A stretch of 37,195 nt of DNA from Sphingomicrobium sp. Its GTDB lineage: Bacteria; Pseudomonadota; Alphaproteobacteria; Sphingomonadales; Sphingomonadaceae. Made by a program: the position numbers and the translations under genes. The stretch spans positions 1 through 37,195 of the forward strand of contig JBKJYX010000012.1 of assembly GCA_046715575.1 (NCBI GenBank), read 5' to 3'. The stretch's first letter is position 1, and every line of letters begins with the position of its first letter. Of the stretch, positions 17,773-26,536 are shown piece after piece. The notes under the pieces were generated by a model. It was not told the origin of the DNA. It worked only from the letters and a program-made list of their open reading frames with translations, and searched no databases.

Positions 17773-18500
17773 ATCTTCCAGCCGCTGTGGATCGCGACCA
17801 GCCCGCCAAGCATCGGCTCGACGTTACTCCTCACGAAGTCGGCCTCCGCGATCATTTGCCGGAAGGCTTCGGGCTTGGGGAAACGGCGGATCGATTCGAC
17901 GAGATACCGATAGCTCGCTTCATCGTCGGCGACCGCCTTGCCGATGCGCGGGATGACATGGTTCGCATAGGCTTCATAAGCATTGGCGAACCCCGGCCAG
18001 TCGCTGGTCGAGAATTCGAGGCAATAGAAGCGACCGCCGCGGTTCAGAACGCGATAGGCTTCGCTCAGCGCCGCGCCGATATCGGTGACGTTCCGGATGC
18101 CGAACGCGATCGTGTAGGCGTCGAAACTGCAATCCGCGAAGGTCAGCTGCCCCGCGTCATCGACCTGCCACGCGAGGCCCTCGATGCCGCGTTCCTTGGC
18201 GCGCTCTTCGCCCACGGCCAACATGTCCGGGTTGATGTCGGCGACCGTCACTCGGGCGCCGCGCTTTGCCATACGAAAAGCAACGTCGCCGGTGCCGCCG
18301 GCCATATCGAGAATCCGCTCGCCGGCGCGCGGCTTCACGCGGGCAACGAAGCCGTCCTTCCACAGCCGGTGCAGTCCGCCCGACATCAGGTCGTTCATCA
18401 CATCATAGCGGCGCGCGACCGAGCTGAAGACCGCGCCGACCCGGCGGGTCTTCTCGTCCGGGTCGACCAGCTCGTCGCCGAAATTGACCTTGTTCGCCAT
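17769..18500 (-). CDS. ubiE: Ubiquinone/menaquinone C-methyltransferase UbiE
   Basis: 'VFSSVARRYDVMNDLMSGGLHRLWK', 'LDMAGGTGD', 'FGIRNVT', 'YRYLVESIRRFP'. Confidence 0.97.
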   Translation of the reverse strand: MANKVNFGDELVDPDEKTRRVGAVFSSVARRYDVMNDLMSGGLHRLWKDGFVARVKPRAGERILDMAGGTGDVAFRMAKRGARVTVADINPDMLAVGEERAKERGIEGLAWQVDDAGQLTFADCSFDAYTIAFGIRNVTDIGAALSEAYRVLNRGGRFYCLEFSTSDWPGFANAYEAYANHVIPRIGKAVADDEASYRYLVESIRRFPKPEAFRQMIAEADFVRSNVEPMLGGLVAIHSGWKI

Positions 18501-18507
18501 GGCCACG

Positions 18508-18540
18508 CCTCTAGCGGGCTTGACGGCCCTTCGCCATATC
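18508..18540. promoter_or_regulatory. Interlocked divergent leaderless promoters of ubiE and mutM
   Basis: Minus strand: TGGCGA-N17-TAGAGG-N7-ATG(18500). Plus strand: TAGCGG-N17-CATATC-N7-ATG(18548). Confidence 0.6.
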
Positions 18541-18547
18541 GCGGGAG

Positions 18548-19360
18548 ATGCCCGAGCTTCCCGAAGTCGAAACCACCGTCCGCGGCCTCGCTCGCGTGCT
18601 TGAGGGCCGGCGGCTGACCCGCGTCGAGCCGCGGCGGGCGGACTTGCGGCGGGCGTTTCCGCAAGACCTCGGCCAGCGGCTCACCGGCGCCACTGTGACC
18701 AGTCTCGGCCGCCGCGCCAAATTCGGCCTGATCGGCACCGACCGCGGCGACACCCTGGTCTTCCACCTCGGCATGTCCGGCCACTGGCGGATCGACCCCG
18801 GCGACCTTGGCCCGCATGATCATCTGCTGATCGATACGGACGAGCAGCGGCGGCTGGCGCTCAACGATGCCCGCCGTTTCGGCACGGTCGATCTCGTCGC
18901 TACCGACGCGCTTGCCGAGTGGCCGCCATTCGCTGCCCTCGGACCCGACGCCCTTGGCCCGGATCTCGACGCGCGGTGGTTCAGGCGCCGCTTCGACGGT
19001 CGCCAGGCTTCGGTCAAGGCCCTGCTCCTCGATCAGCGGATCATCGCCGGGCTCGGCAACATCTACGCCTGCGAGGCGCTTTTCCGAGCCGGCATTCACC
19101 CCGCGCGCGCCGCCGGCTCGATATCGCGTGCCCGGCTCGCGCGGCTTTCCACCGCGATTCCGCAAGTGCTCGGCGAAGCGGTAGCAGCGGGCGGATCGAG
19201 CCTGCGCGACTTTGCCAGCCCCGACGGCACACTGGGCTATTTTTCGAAGAGTTTTGCCGTCTACGACCGCGAGGGCCAACCGTGCCCTTGCGGCGGGACG
19301 GTGAAACGAATCGTCCAGGGCGGCCGCTCGACATTCTATTGCCCGCGCTGCCAGAAGTAG
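18548..19360 (+). CDS. mutM: Formamidopyrimidine-DNA glycosylase
   Basis: N-terminal 'PELPEVET', 'HLGMSG', H2TH 'GLGNIYACE', C-terminal Zn finger 'STFYCPRCQ'. Confidence 0.98.
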   Translation: MPELPEVETTVRGLARVLEGRRLTRVEPRRADLRRAFPQDLGQRLTGATVTSLGRRAKFGLIGTDRGDTLVFHLGMSGHWRIDPGDLGPHDHLLIDTDEQRRLALNDARRFGTVDLVATDALAEWPPFAALGPDALGPDLDARWFRRRFDGRQASVKALLLDQRIIAGLGNIYACEALFRAGIHPARAAGSISRARLARLSTAIPQVLGEAVAAGGSSLRDFASPDGTLGYFSKSFAVYDREGQPCPCGGTVKRIVQGGRSTFYCPRCQK

Positions 19361-19368
19361 GGCGCCGG

Positions 19369-19397
19369 TTGACCGGAAACGCCTCTGAAGGTAGGGA
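19369..19397 (+). promoter_or_regulatory. Putative sigma70 promoter of rpsT
   Basis: TTGACC-N17-TAGGGA upstream of rpsT. Confidence 0.6.
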
Positions 19398-19469
19398 GCG
19401 CGCATGTCGGCGCCGCCCTTTGGCTTTGGCGCCGCTTTTCATTGACCGACCATATCTAAGGACTTTTCG

Positions 19470-19733
19470 ATGGCGAACACGCCGCAAGCCAAGAAGCGCA
19501 TCCGCCGCAACGCCAACCGGGCCGAGATTAACGGCGCTCGAGTCGGCCGCATCCGGACCTTTATCAAGGCGGTCGAGTCGGCACTCGATTCGGGCAAGAA
19601 GGCCGATGCCGCCAAGGCGCTGAAAGAAGCGCAGCCGGAGCTGGCGCGCGGCGTTGCCCGGGGAGTCATTCACAAGAATACCGCCGCCCGCAAATTTTCG
19701 CGGCTGTCCAAAAGAGTTGCGTCTCTGGGTTGA
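19470..19733 (+). CDS. rpsT: 30S ribosomal protein S20
   Basis: '[14 protein letters not shown]', '[15 protein letters not shown]'; SD TAAGGA. Confidence 0.99.
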   Translation: MANTPQAKKRIRRNANRAEINGARVGRIRTFIKAVESALDSGKKADAAKALKEAQPELARGVARGVIHKNTAARKFSRLSKRVASLG

Positions 19734-20103
19734 CTCCCTGCCTCAAAAAGAGACTGCAAATTCAGCGACCGCCATGCTGACAATTGGTCCCGAATCGGGA
19801 CCTTCAAAAAAGTGAGCATTTCCGGCGATTCGCGCGTTCGGTAAATTCGAACCTAATGAGAAAGTCGCAGTTTTCTGCGCTAATCCCAGCTTTCCGAGAC
19901 TTTTCACTGTCAAGGCTCATTATTTCACTTTTGTGAAAAAACATGTCTTGAAAGCTTGGCCAGAGGCTTCCAGAAACGTTCCTCCGGGCGCGAGTCTCGC
20001 GCTGGGGGGTTAGAGAGAGAAACAGCCACGGGCGTTGCGACTCTGGTCGGACGCAGCGGTTCCTTTTTGTCTTGGCCAACAGAGACGGGAGGCAGGCGGG
20101 CAA

Positions 20104-21504
20104 GTGCAAGGCGATCGATCCTTCTCGTCTTCGGAACTCGCCGACGCACCTATCGCAGCACCCCTCGAAGCAGCCTGGGACTCGATTCGCGGCGGTCTTC
20201 GCCGGGACCTCGGCGTGCGCACCTTCGACGGCTGGCTGAAGCCCGCTACCCTGGGCGCGTTCGATCCCGACAGCGGCAGCCTCGAGATCCTGATGCCGAG
20301 CCAGTTTATGGCCGACTGGGTCCGCTCGCACTTCGGCGAGCGACTGACCCTGGCATGGAAGACGGTGCTGCCGATCGTTCAAGAAGTCAGGGTGGCCGCT
20401 GCCGCCGACGCGCCGCGCCCGTCTCCGTTGCTGATCCTCGAGAATGTTCCCGAGCCGCCGCCAGCAGTCCGCGATCCGTCGGCGCCGAACTTCGACCCGC
20501 GCTACCGCTTCGAGACGTTTATCGTCGGCAAGGCCAATGAAGTCGCCGCATCTGCCGCCCGCACCTTGGCGGGCGCTGACTCGGTCAGCTTCAACCCGTT
20601 GTTCATCCACGGCGGCACTGGCCGCGGCAAAACCCACCTGCTGCACGCGATCGGCCACAGCTTCCTCGCGATCCACCCGGGCAAGCGCGTGGTGTCGATG
20701 TCGGCCGAAAAGTTCATGGTCGAGTTCATCCGCGCCTTGAAAGCCAATGACACGATCGGCTTCAAGGGCCGCCTTCGCAGTGCCGACCTGCTGCTGATCG
20801 ACGACGTCCAGTTTATCGCCGGCAAGGATTCCACCCAGGAGGAATTCTTCCACACGATGAACGAGATCATCACCGCCGGGCGGCGGCTGGTGATCACCTC
20901 CGACCGCGCCCCGCAGGACCTCGACGGGGTTGCGCCGCGGATCCTGTCGCGGCTGTCGTGGGGACTGGTCGCCGACATCAACGCGGCTGATTTCGAGCTT
21001 CGCTTCAACATCATCGAAGCCAAGCTCTCGGTGCTTCCGGGCGTCGCAATGCCGCGCAACGTGGTCGATTTCCTCGCCCGGCGGGTAACCTCGAGCGTCC
21101 GCGAGCTGGAAGGCGCTTTGAACCGTATCGCCGCCTACGCGATGATGACCGGGCGGGAGATCGACGTCGCTTTTGTCGAGGAGGTTCTCGCCAATGTGCT
21201 GCGCGCCAACCAGCGGCGTATTTCGATCGACGAGATCCAGACCCAGGTCGCCGAGCATTACCGCATCCGCAAGGCCGAGATGACCTCGGCCCGGCGGGCC
21301 CGCGAGGTTGCGCGCCCACGCCAGGTGGCGATGTACTTGTCGAAGCAGCTGACGCCCAAGTCGCTGCCCGATATCGGCCGGCGTTTCGGTGGCCGCGATC
21401 ACACCACCGTCATTCATGCGGTCAAACAGATCGAGCGGCTGCGCGCCAACGACGCCGAATTGGACGCCGACATCCGCCTGCTGACCCGCCAGCTCGAAGG
21501 TTAG
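20104..21504 (+). CDS. dnaA: Chromosomal replication initiator DnaA
   Basis: '[17 protein letters not shown]', 'LLIDDVQF', 'QEEFFHT', 'VRELEGAL', '[12 protein letters not shown]'. GTG 20104 chosen for the GGAGG upstream. Confidence 0.98.
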   Translation: MQGDRSFSSSELADAPIAAPLEAAWDSIRGGLRRDLGVRTFDGWLKPATLGAFDPDSGSLEILMPSQFMADWVRSHFGERLTLAWKTVLPIVQEVRVAAAADAPRPSPLLILENVPEPPPAVRDPSAPNFDPRYRFETFIVGKANEVAASAARTLAGADSVSFNPLFIHGGTGRGKTHLLHAIGHSFLAIHPGKRVVSMSAEKFMVEFIRALKANDTIGFKGRLRSADLLLIDDVQFIAGKDSTQEEFFHTMNEIITAGRRLVITSDRAPQDLDGVAPRILSRLSWGLVADINAADFELRFNIIEAKLSVLPGVAMPRNVVDFLARRVTSSVRELEGALNRIAAYAMMTGREIDVAFVEEVLANVLRANQRRISIDEIQTQVAEHYRIRKAEMTSARRAREVARPRQVAMYLSKQLTPKSLPDIGRRFGGRDHTTVIHAVKQIERLRANDAELDADIRLLTRQLEG

Positions 21505-21552
21505 ACGACAGAGGCTGATCGGGGCGGAGGTATTCGGCCACTCCGCGGGCTC

Positions 21553-21595
21553 AAGAAAAGGCCCGGCCGGAATAATCCGACCGGACCTTTCTTTT
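21553..21595 (-). terminator. Rho-independent terminator between convergent dnaA and the lipoprotein gene, probably bidirectional
   Basis: Minus strand GGTCCGGTCGGA-TTAT-TCCGGCCGGGCC-TTTTCTT, fully paired with G-U wobble; a T-rich tract also follows on the plus strand. Confidence 0.8.
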
Positions 21596-21612
21596 GCCCC
21601 CGACGAACCAGC

Positions 21613-22335
21613 TTAGCGCTTGCGGGCGGGAACCGTGATCTTGACCGTCTCGCCGTTGCGCCCGGGGAAACCGGTGAACATCGCTTCGATCAAATTGGGC
21701 ACCAGAACGCCCATCTCGTCGGTCTGCGAGCGGGCCTTGGCATGGCCTTCGAACAGCGGCGCGTTGTTGCCCTTGCCGACGATGTCCATGTCGAGATAGC
21801 TCTTGTAGACCGTGTAGCTGCGGATCGCGCCGCCGTAGCCGCGGCCGTAGCCGGCATAGGGCGACGAATACCAGAACGGGTCGTTCCAGCCGTAATAGAA
21901 GGGCGAGCGGCCGCCCCAATAGCCGAAGCGCGAATAATAAGGCCGGCCATAGAAGCCACCATAGAACGGGTCGTAGCCGAATGGGTCGCCGAACCCGTAG
22001 CCGTAGCGCGAGCGGTCGAACGGGTCTTCGGTGTATTCCGTCCGGCCCTCGTCGACGCCATAGTCGAGCTTGACCAGCATGCTGGCGAACTGCGGGGCGC
22101 CGGCCGGCGTGTAGCCTTTGGCGCTAAGCTGTTGCGAGACGATTGCCGCGTAGCGGTTGAATTCCAGGTTCTGCGGCGAGCCCGCGGCGGGCACCACGTA
22201 GAACGTTTGCCCGGCCGGCGCCGGCATCGCCTGGTAGCGTGAAACCTGGGTGCGCAGGCCGGTCGCACAGCCTGCGAGACCGAGCGCGCCTGCTCCAAGA
22301 AGCAAGGTCCCGGCCAACTTGATGATCTTGTTCAT
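21613..22335 (-). CDS. DUF4136-like lipoprotein
   Basis: Lipobox 'LAG-C', central Tyr/Gly/Pro-rich loop, C-terminal 'LFEG.A...LIEAMFTGFPG'. Confidence 0.75.
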   Translation of the reverse strand: MNKIIKLAGTLLLGAGALGLAGCATGLRTQVSRYQAMPAPAGQTFYVVPAAGSPQNLEFNRYAAIVSQQLSAKGYTPAGAPQFASMLVKLDYGVDEGRTEYTEDPFDRSRYGYGFGDPFGYDPFYGGFYGRPYYSRFGYWGGRSPFYYGWNDPFWYSSPYAGYGRGYGGAIRSYTVYKSYLDMDIVGKGNNAPLFEGHAKARSQTDEMGVLVPNLIEAMFTGFPGRNGETVKITVPARKR

Positions 22336-22417
22336 AGCGCGCCCTCGAGTCGGATAGTGAGTCGAAAATCCTGTGGATATCCGGACGCTTAATAGCGAAA
22401 ACGGCCTGAACTGTCGA

Positions 22418-23425
22418 TTAAGCGTTGCGTGGGCGGGTCAGACCGACGGCATCATAGGCGCGCGCCAGAGTGGGGGCGGCGAGTGCGGCGGCTTTGTCGG
22501 CGCCGTCGGCGAGCAATTTGTCGAGCATCGCCGGGTCGCTGCGGAATTCCTCGAGCCGCCTCCTCAAGGGCGTGAGAAGCGCGACCACCGCCTCGGCCAG
22601 CGCCGGCTTGAACGCACCGAACCCCTGGCCGGTAAAGCGGGCCAGGACCTGTTCGACGCTTTCCCCGGTGACCGCGGCATAGATGCCGACGAGATTGCGG
22701 GCTTCGGGGCGCGTCTCGAGCAACTTGGGATCGTCGGGCAGCGGCTCGGGATCGGTTTTCGCCTTGCGGATTTTCTGCGCGATCAGCTCGTCGCTGTCGG
22801 TCAGGCTGATCCGGCTCATGTCCGACGGGTCGGACTTGGACATTTTCGCATTGCCGTCGCGCAAGGACATGACGCGCGCCGCCGACCCGCCCCCGATGTA
22901 CGGCTCGGGCGGCACGAACAGATCGACGTCGAAGTCTGAGTTGAACTTGATGGCAATGTCGCGCGCGAGCTCGATATGCTGTTTCTGATCGTCGCCGACC
23001 GGCACGTGAGTCGCGCGATAGAGCAGGATGTCGGCCGCCTGCAGCACTGGATAGGCGAACAGGCCGACGCTGGCGCCTTCGCGGCTTTTGCCCGACTTCT
23101 CCTTGAACTGGGTCATCCGGTTGAGCCAACCCATGCGCGCCGTGCAGCCCAGGACCCAGGCAAGCTCGGCGTGGGCGGGGACCGCGCTGTGGGCGAAGAC
23201 GATCGACTTGTCCGGGTCGATGCCGCTGGCGATCAGCGCCGCCGCCATTTCGCGGACGCTCGAGCGCAGTTGCCGAGGGTCGACATCGATAGTCAGCGCG
23301 TGAAGGTCGGCGAGGAAGTAGAGGCATTCGGCCTCGTCCTGCATGCGCACCCAGCGCAGGATCGCCCCCAGCAGGTTGCCGAGGTGCAGGTCACCGGTTG
23401 GCTGGATGCCGGAGACGACGCGCAT
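22418..23425 (-). CDS. trpS: Tryptophan-tRNA ligase
   Basis: '[13 protein letters not shown]', '[10 protein letters not shown]', '[10 protein letters not shown]', 'KMSKS'. An alternative in-frame GTG start lies at 23440. Confidence 0.98.
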   Translation of the reverse strand: MRVVSGIQPTGDLHLGNLLGAILRWVRMQDEAECLYFLADLHALTIDVDPRQLRSSVREMAAALIASGIDPDKSIVFAHSAVPAHAELAWVLGCTARMGWLNRMTQFKEKSGKSREGASVGLFAYPVLQAADILLYRATHVPVGDDQKQHIELARDIAIKFNSDFDVDLFVPPEPYIGGGSAARVMSLRDGNAKMSKSDPSDMSRISLTDSDELIAQKIRKAKTDPEPLPDDPKLLETRPEARNLVGIYAAVTGESVEQVLARFTGQGFGAFKPALAEAVVALLTPLRRRLEEFRSDPAMLDKLLADGADKAAALAAPTLARAYDAVGLTRPRNA

Positions 23426-23429
23426 TCGA

Positions 23430-23461
23430 TCACTGGTCACTGGCGGGTCACTGGTCACTGG
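23430..23461. repeat. Heptamer repeat (TCACTGG)2-CGGG-(TCACTGG)2 at the murJ-trpS junction
   Basis: Four exact copies read directly from the sequence. Confidence 0.9.
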
Positions 23462-25013
23462 GCGCGGCCTTCCTGCGAAGGAGGATGCGAACATCGTCGC
23501 GGTTCATTGCACCGATCACCCATGCCACCCCGAAATAGACGATGCCGCCGACTGCGACCAGCGCTCCAACGCCGAGCAGCCGATCGCCGGCCGAGCCGGC
23601 AAAGCGGCCAACGAGTACCAGCTGCACCCCGTATAGCGCGGCCGCCATCGCCGCCGCGGCGATCAGCTGGCGGACGAGGCGCGAAACCAGCCAGCCCTCG
23701 AAGCGGAAATGCCCGCGCCGCGCCAGTAGCACATAGAGGATCAACGCATTGAGCCAGGCGGAAGCCGCGGTGGTCGCGGGAAGCGCGGCGATGCCGATCA
23801 CCGGGACTAGCGCGAAGTTCGCGGCGACCCCGATCGCCAGCGCCACCAATGCCACCACGACCGGCGTCTTCATGTCCTTGCGGGCATAGAAGCCGGGAGT
23901 CAGCACTTTGGTCATGACGTAAGCGGGGAGGCCGGCGACGATGATCGACAGAACCAGCGCGGTGGTGGCGGCATCGGTCGCGGAGAATTTCTGCCCCTGG
24001 TAAATTGCCGCGATGATCGGTCCGGCGCAGACAGCCAAAGCGATCGCTGCCGGGAGGGTGAGCAGCATTGCAAGCTCGGTTGCCTGTCCCTGGAGCTTCG
24101 ACGCGCCGTTAGCGTCGCCCTGGCCGACATGGCGACTGACGGCCGGGAGGATGGCCGTGCCGAGCGCAGAGCCGATGATCGCCAGCGGCAGCTGGTTCAA
24201 TCGGTCGGCGAAGCCCAGATAGACCAGGCTGCCTTGCGGCAGGCTGGTGGCGAAGTAGGCATAGAATAATTGGCTGATGTAATAGAGGCCCCCGCCCAGC
24301 GTCGCCGGCAGGATCAGGATCAGCAGCTCCTTGACGCGAGGCGTCATCCGCGGCGGTCTCAGGCGGAGCTTGATCCCGGCGCGCACGGTCGCTCCCCAAC
24401 AAAGGGCCAGCTGGAGGATACCGCCGGCGATCACTGCGAGCGCCATCGCCCGCGCCGTCGCCGGGCCGCCCTCCGGCACCGCGAGCAGCGCGACGATCAG
24501 CATCATGTTGAGCAATGCGGGGGCGAAGGCCGCCGCGGTGAACCGGGTCAGCGAATTGAGCACACCCGAGAACAGCGACACCAGGCTGATGAAGATGAGA
24601 TAGGGGAAGGTGATGCTTGTCAGGTCCAGCGCCAGCGCAAACTTTTGCGGCTCATCCTGCCAGCCCGAGGCGACCAGCATGACGAACGCCGGCATGAAGA
24701 TCTCGAACACAATGGTGACCAGGATCAGCGCCGGCAGGAATACGGCGAGGACCTCCTCGGCGAAGCGCTTGGCCTCCTCCATGCCGCCCTCGCCATGCAG
24801 CCGTTGGCTGAACAGCGGGACGAAGCCCTGGCTAAACGCGCCCTCGCCGAACAGGCGGCGGAACAGGTTGGGAATCAGGAACGCCAGGGCGAAGGCGTCG
24901 GCGGCCATTCCGGCGCCCATGATCCGGCTGGCGACCATGTCCCGGGCAAACCCGAGGTTGCGGCTGACCATGGTCAGCCCGCCGATTGTCCCGCCCGCCT
25001 TGAGAAGGTTCAT
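23448..25013 (-). CDS. murJ: Lipid II flippase MurJ (MviN)
   Basis: 'SR.LGFARD', '[20 protein letters not shown]', 'ADRLNQLP', '[10 protein letters not shown]'; many TM segments. Confidence 0.97.
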   Translation of the reverse strand: MNLLKAGGTIGGLTMVSRNLGFARDMVASRIMGAGMAADAFALAFLIPNLFRRLFGEGAFSQGFVPLFSQRLHGEGGMEEAKRFAEEVLAVFLPALILVTIVFEIFMPAFVMLVASGWQDEPQKFALALDLTSITFPYLIFISLVSLFSGVLNSLTRFTAAAFAPALLNMMLIVALLAVPEGGPATARAMALAVIAGGILQLALCWGATVRAGIKLRLRPPRMTPRVKELLILILPATLGGGLYYISQLFYAYFATSLPQGSLVYLGFADRLNQLPLAIIGSALGTAILPAVSRHVGQGDANGASKLQGQATELAMLLTLPAAIALAVCAGPIIAAIYQGQKFSATDAATTALVLSIIVAGLPAYVMTKVLTPGFYARKDMKTPVVVALVALAIGVAANFALVPVIGIAALPATTAASAWLNALILYVLLARRGHFRFEGWLVSRLVRQLIAAAAMAAALYGVQLVLVGRFAGSAGDRLLGVGALVAVGGIVYFGVAWVIGAMNRDDVRILLRRKAAPSDQ

Positions 25014-25024
25014 GCGCCCGGTCG

Positions 25025-25624
25025 TCAGCCTTGCGGGGTTTTATCGGCGGCGTCGGCCGGCCCGGCATCCCCGCCCGGTTCTTCTGCCGGCTCGTCAATC
25101 GGCTCCCCGCCAGAACCCCCATTATGGCCTTCGCCGCCGGTGTCTACCTGCGCCTGTTCCGCCGCCTGGAGCTGCGCCATGTACGCGGTGCCGAAGTCAA
25201 TCGGGTCGAGCAGCAGGGTCGGAAAGCCGGTGTTCTGCGACGCATCGGCGATGATCTGGCGCGCGAACGGGAAGAGCAGGCGCGGCGCCTCGATCAGCAG
25301 GAACGGCGGCAGCGCTTCCTCCGGGAAATTCCGCAGGCCGTAGAGACCGGCGTAGCTCAAATCGATCAGGAAGTGGACGCCTTGCTCGGAGCGGGCCGCG
25401 ACTTCGATCTTGAGCTGTACCTCGTGGACGTCGTCCGCGACCGCGTTGACGTTGATGTTGAACTGCACCTCCAGCTGCGGCTGGGCCTGCCACTGGAAGG
25501 CTTGCGGTGAGCTCGGGCTTTCGACCGATAAATCTTTGATATATTGAGCGATTGTCGCGACCTGCGGTTCGCTGTCCGGATCCCCGGAACCATTTCCGCG
25601 ATTGATCGGGTCCTGGTCGGCCAT
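25025..25624 (-). CDS. secB: Protein-export chaperone SecB with an acidic C-terminal extension
   Basis: 'QYIKDLSVESP', 'LLFPFARQII', 'GFPTLLLDPIDF'. Confidence 0.95.
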   Translation of the reverse strand: MADQDPINRGNGSGDPDSEPQVATIAQYIKDLSVESPSSPQAFQWQAQPQLEVQFNINVNAVADDVHEVQLKIEVAARSEQGVHFLIDLSYAGLYGLRNFPEEALPPFLLIEAPRLLFPFARQIIADASQNTGFPTLLLDPIDFGTAYMAQLQAAEQAQVDTGGEGHNGGSGGEPIDEPAEEPGGDAGPADAADKTPQG

Positions 25625-25693
25625 GCTGCTTCGTCCTTCGAGTATTTGTGGGTTGCTCGCGGACCCTGAAATGGGGCCTGCGCGTTGCGGGGG

Positions 25694-25722
25694 CGACTAG
25701 CAGTCGTGGAAAATGGGCGCAA
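25694..25722 (-). promoter_or_regulatory. Putative sigma70 promoter of secB-murJ-trpS
   Basis: TTGCGC-N17-TAGTCG. Confidence 0.55.
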
Positions 25723-25820
25723 TGCCACGTATTGGACTGAGGCGCGCAATGACTTCTGGCGCGTTGCCCATGGGTTGCACTACCATGGGTCGAAATTGGC
25801 ATCGTTTGAATCAGCCAGTC

Positions 25821-25849
25821 TTTGAACTCTGGGTCCCGCGCATTATGTT
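25821..25849 (+). promoter_or_regulatory. Putative promoter (sigma70 or RpoH-like) of the Tim44-mltA-Smr operon
   Basis: TTGAAC-N16-TATGTT; resembles the alphaproteobacterial RpoH CTTGAA...CTAT pattern. Confidence 0.4.
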
Positions 25850-25882
25850 GCGGGTGAATTAGCAAGGATCGGATCGCAAGTT

Positions 25883-26536
25883 TTGGCCGTCATCGTCATT
25901 CTCGCTTTGGTTGCCCTGTTCATCGGCCTGCGCCTCTACAGCGTTCTGGGCGAGCGCACGGGCCACGAGCAGCAGCCGATCCTGAAGCCGGCGGACCCCG
26001 ACGGAATGGTCGAGCCGCGGGTCAGCCAGCCGTCGATGGTCCCGCCGAGCGCCGGCGACGCCGGCGACATGGCGTTCCTGCCGACGGCCGGTCCGGCCGT
26101 CCGCGCCATCCTGGCCGCCGACCCCAGCTTCGACGTCGCCCATTTCCTGGAAGGCGCCAAGGCGGCTTACCGGATGGTCCTGGATGCCTATTGGAAGGGC
26201 GAGCTCGAAACCGTCAAATCGCACGTCGACGGCAATGTGCTCGAAGCGTTCACCGACGCCGCCGCCCAGCGCGACAAAGAGGGCCTGACGCTCGACAACC
26301 GCCTGGTGGCGATCGAGCAGGCGGTGATCGCCGAAGCCGCGCTCGACCGCACCGTGGCGGTGGTCACCGTAAGGTTCGAAGCCGATATCGCCGCCGTGAC
26401 CCGCAACAAGGCTGGCGAAGTTGTCGCTGGATCGCTGAGCGATGCCGTGCAGACGCGCGACCTGTGGACCTTCCGACGCGACCTTGCGGCGAGCGACCCC
26501 AACTGGCTCCTGATCGAAACCGACGAGGAAGAGTGA
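25883..26536 (+). CDS. Tim44/TimA family protein
   Basis: N-terminal TM then 'LYSVLGERTGHE', 'DPSFD...FLEGAK.AY', 'DLWTFRR....DPNWLL'; conserved secB/Tim44-mltA-Smr context. Confidence 0.92.
   Translation: MAVIVILALVALFIGLRLYSVLGERTGHEQQPILKPADPDGMVEPRVSQPSMVPPSAGDAGDMAFLPTAGPAVRAILAADPSFDVAHFLEGAKAAYRMVLDAYWKGELETVKSHVDGNVLEAFTDAAAQRDKEGLTLDNRLVAIEQAVIAEAALDRTVAVVTVRFEADIAAVTRNKAGEVVAGSLSDAVQTRDLWTFRRDLAASDPNWLLIETDEEE

Noticed and set aside
19734-20103. oriC next to dnaA
   Set aside because: AT-rich, but no cluster of TTATCCACA-like boxes; in many alphaproteobacteria oriC is unlinked from dnaA. The only near-consensus box noticed is the single one at 22372.
19804-21417. 537-aa ORF antisense to dnaA
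   Set aside because: Shadow ORF produced by GC-rich codon bias; no recognisable motifs.
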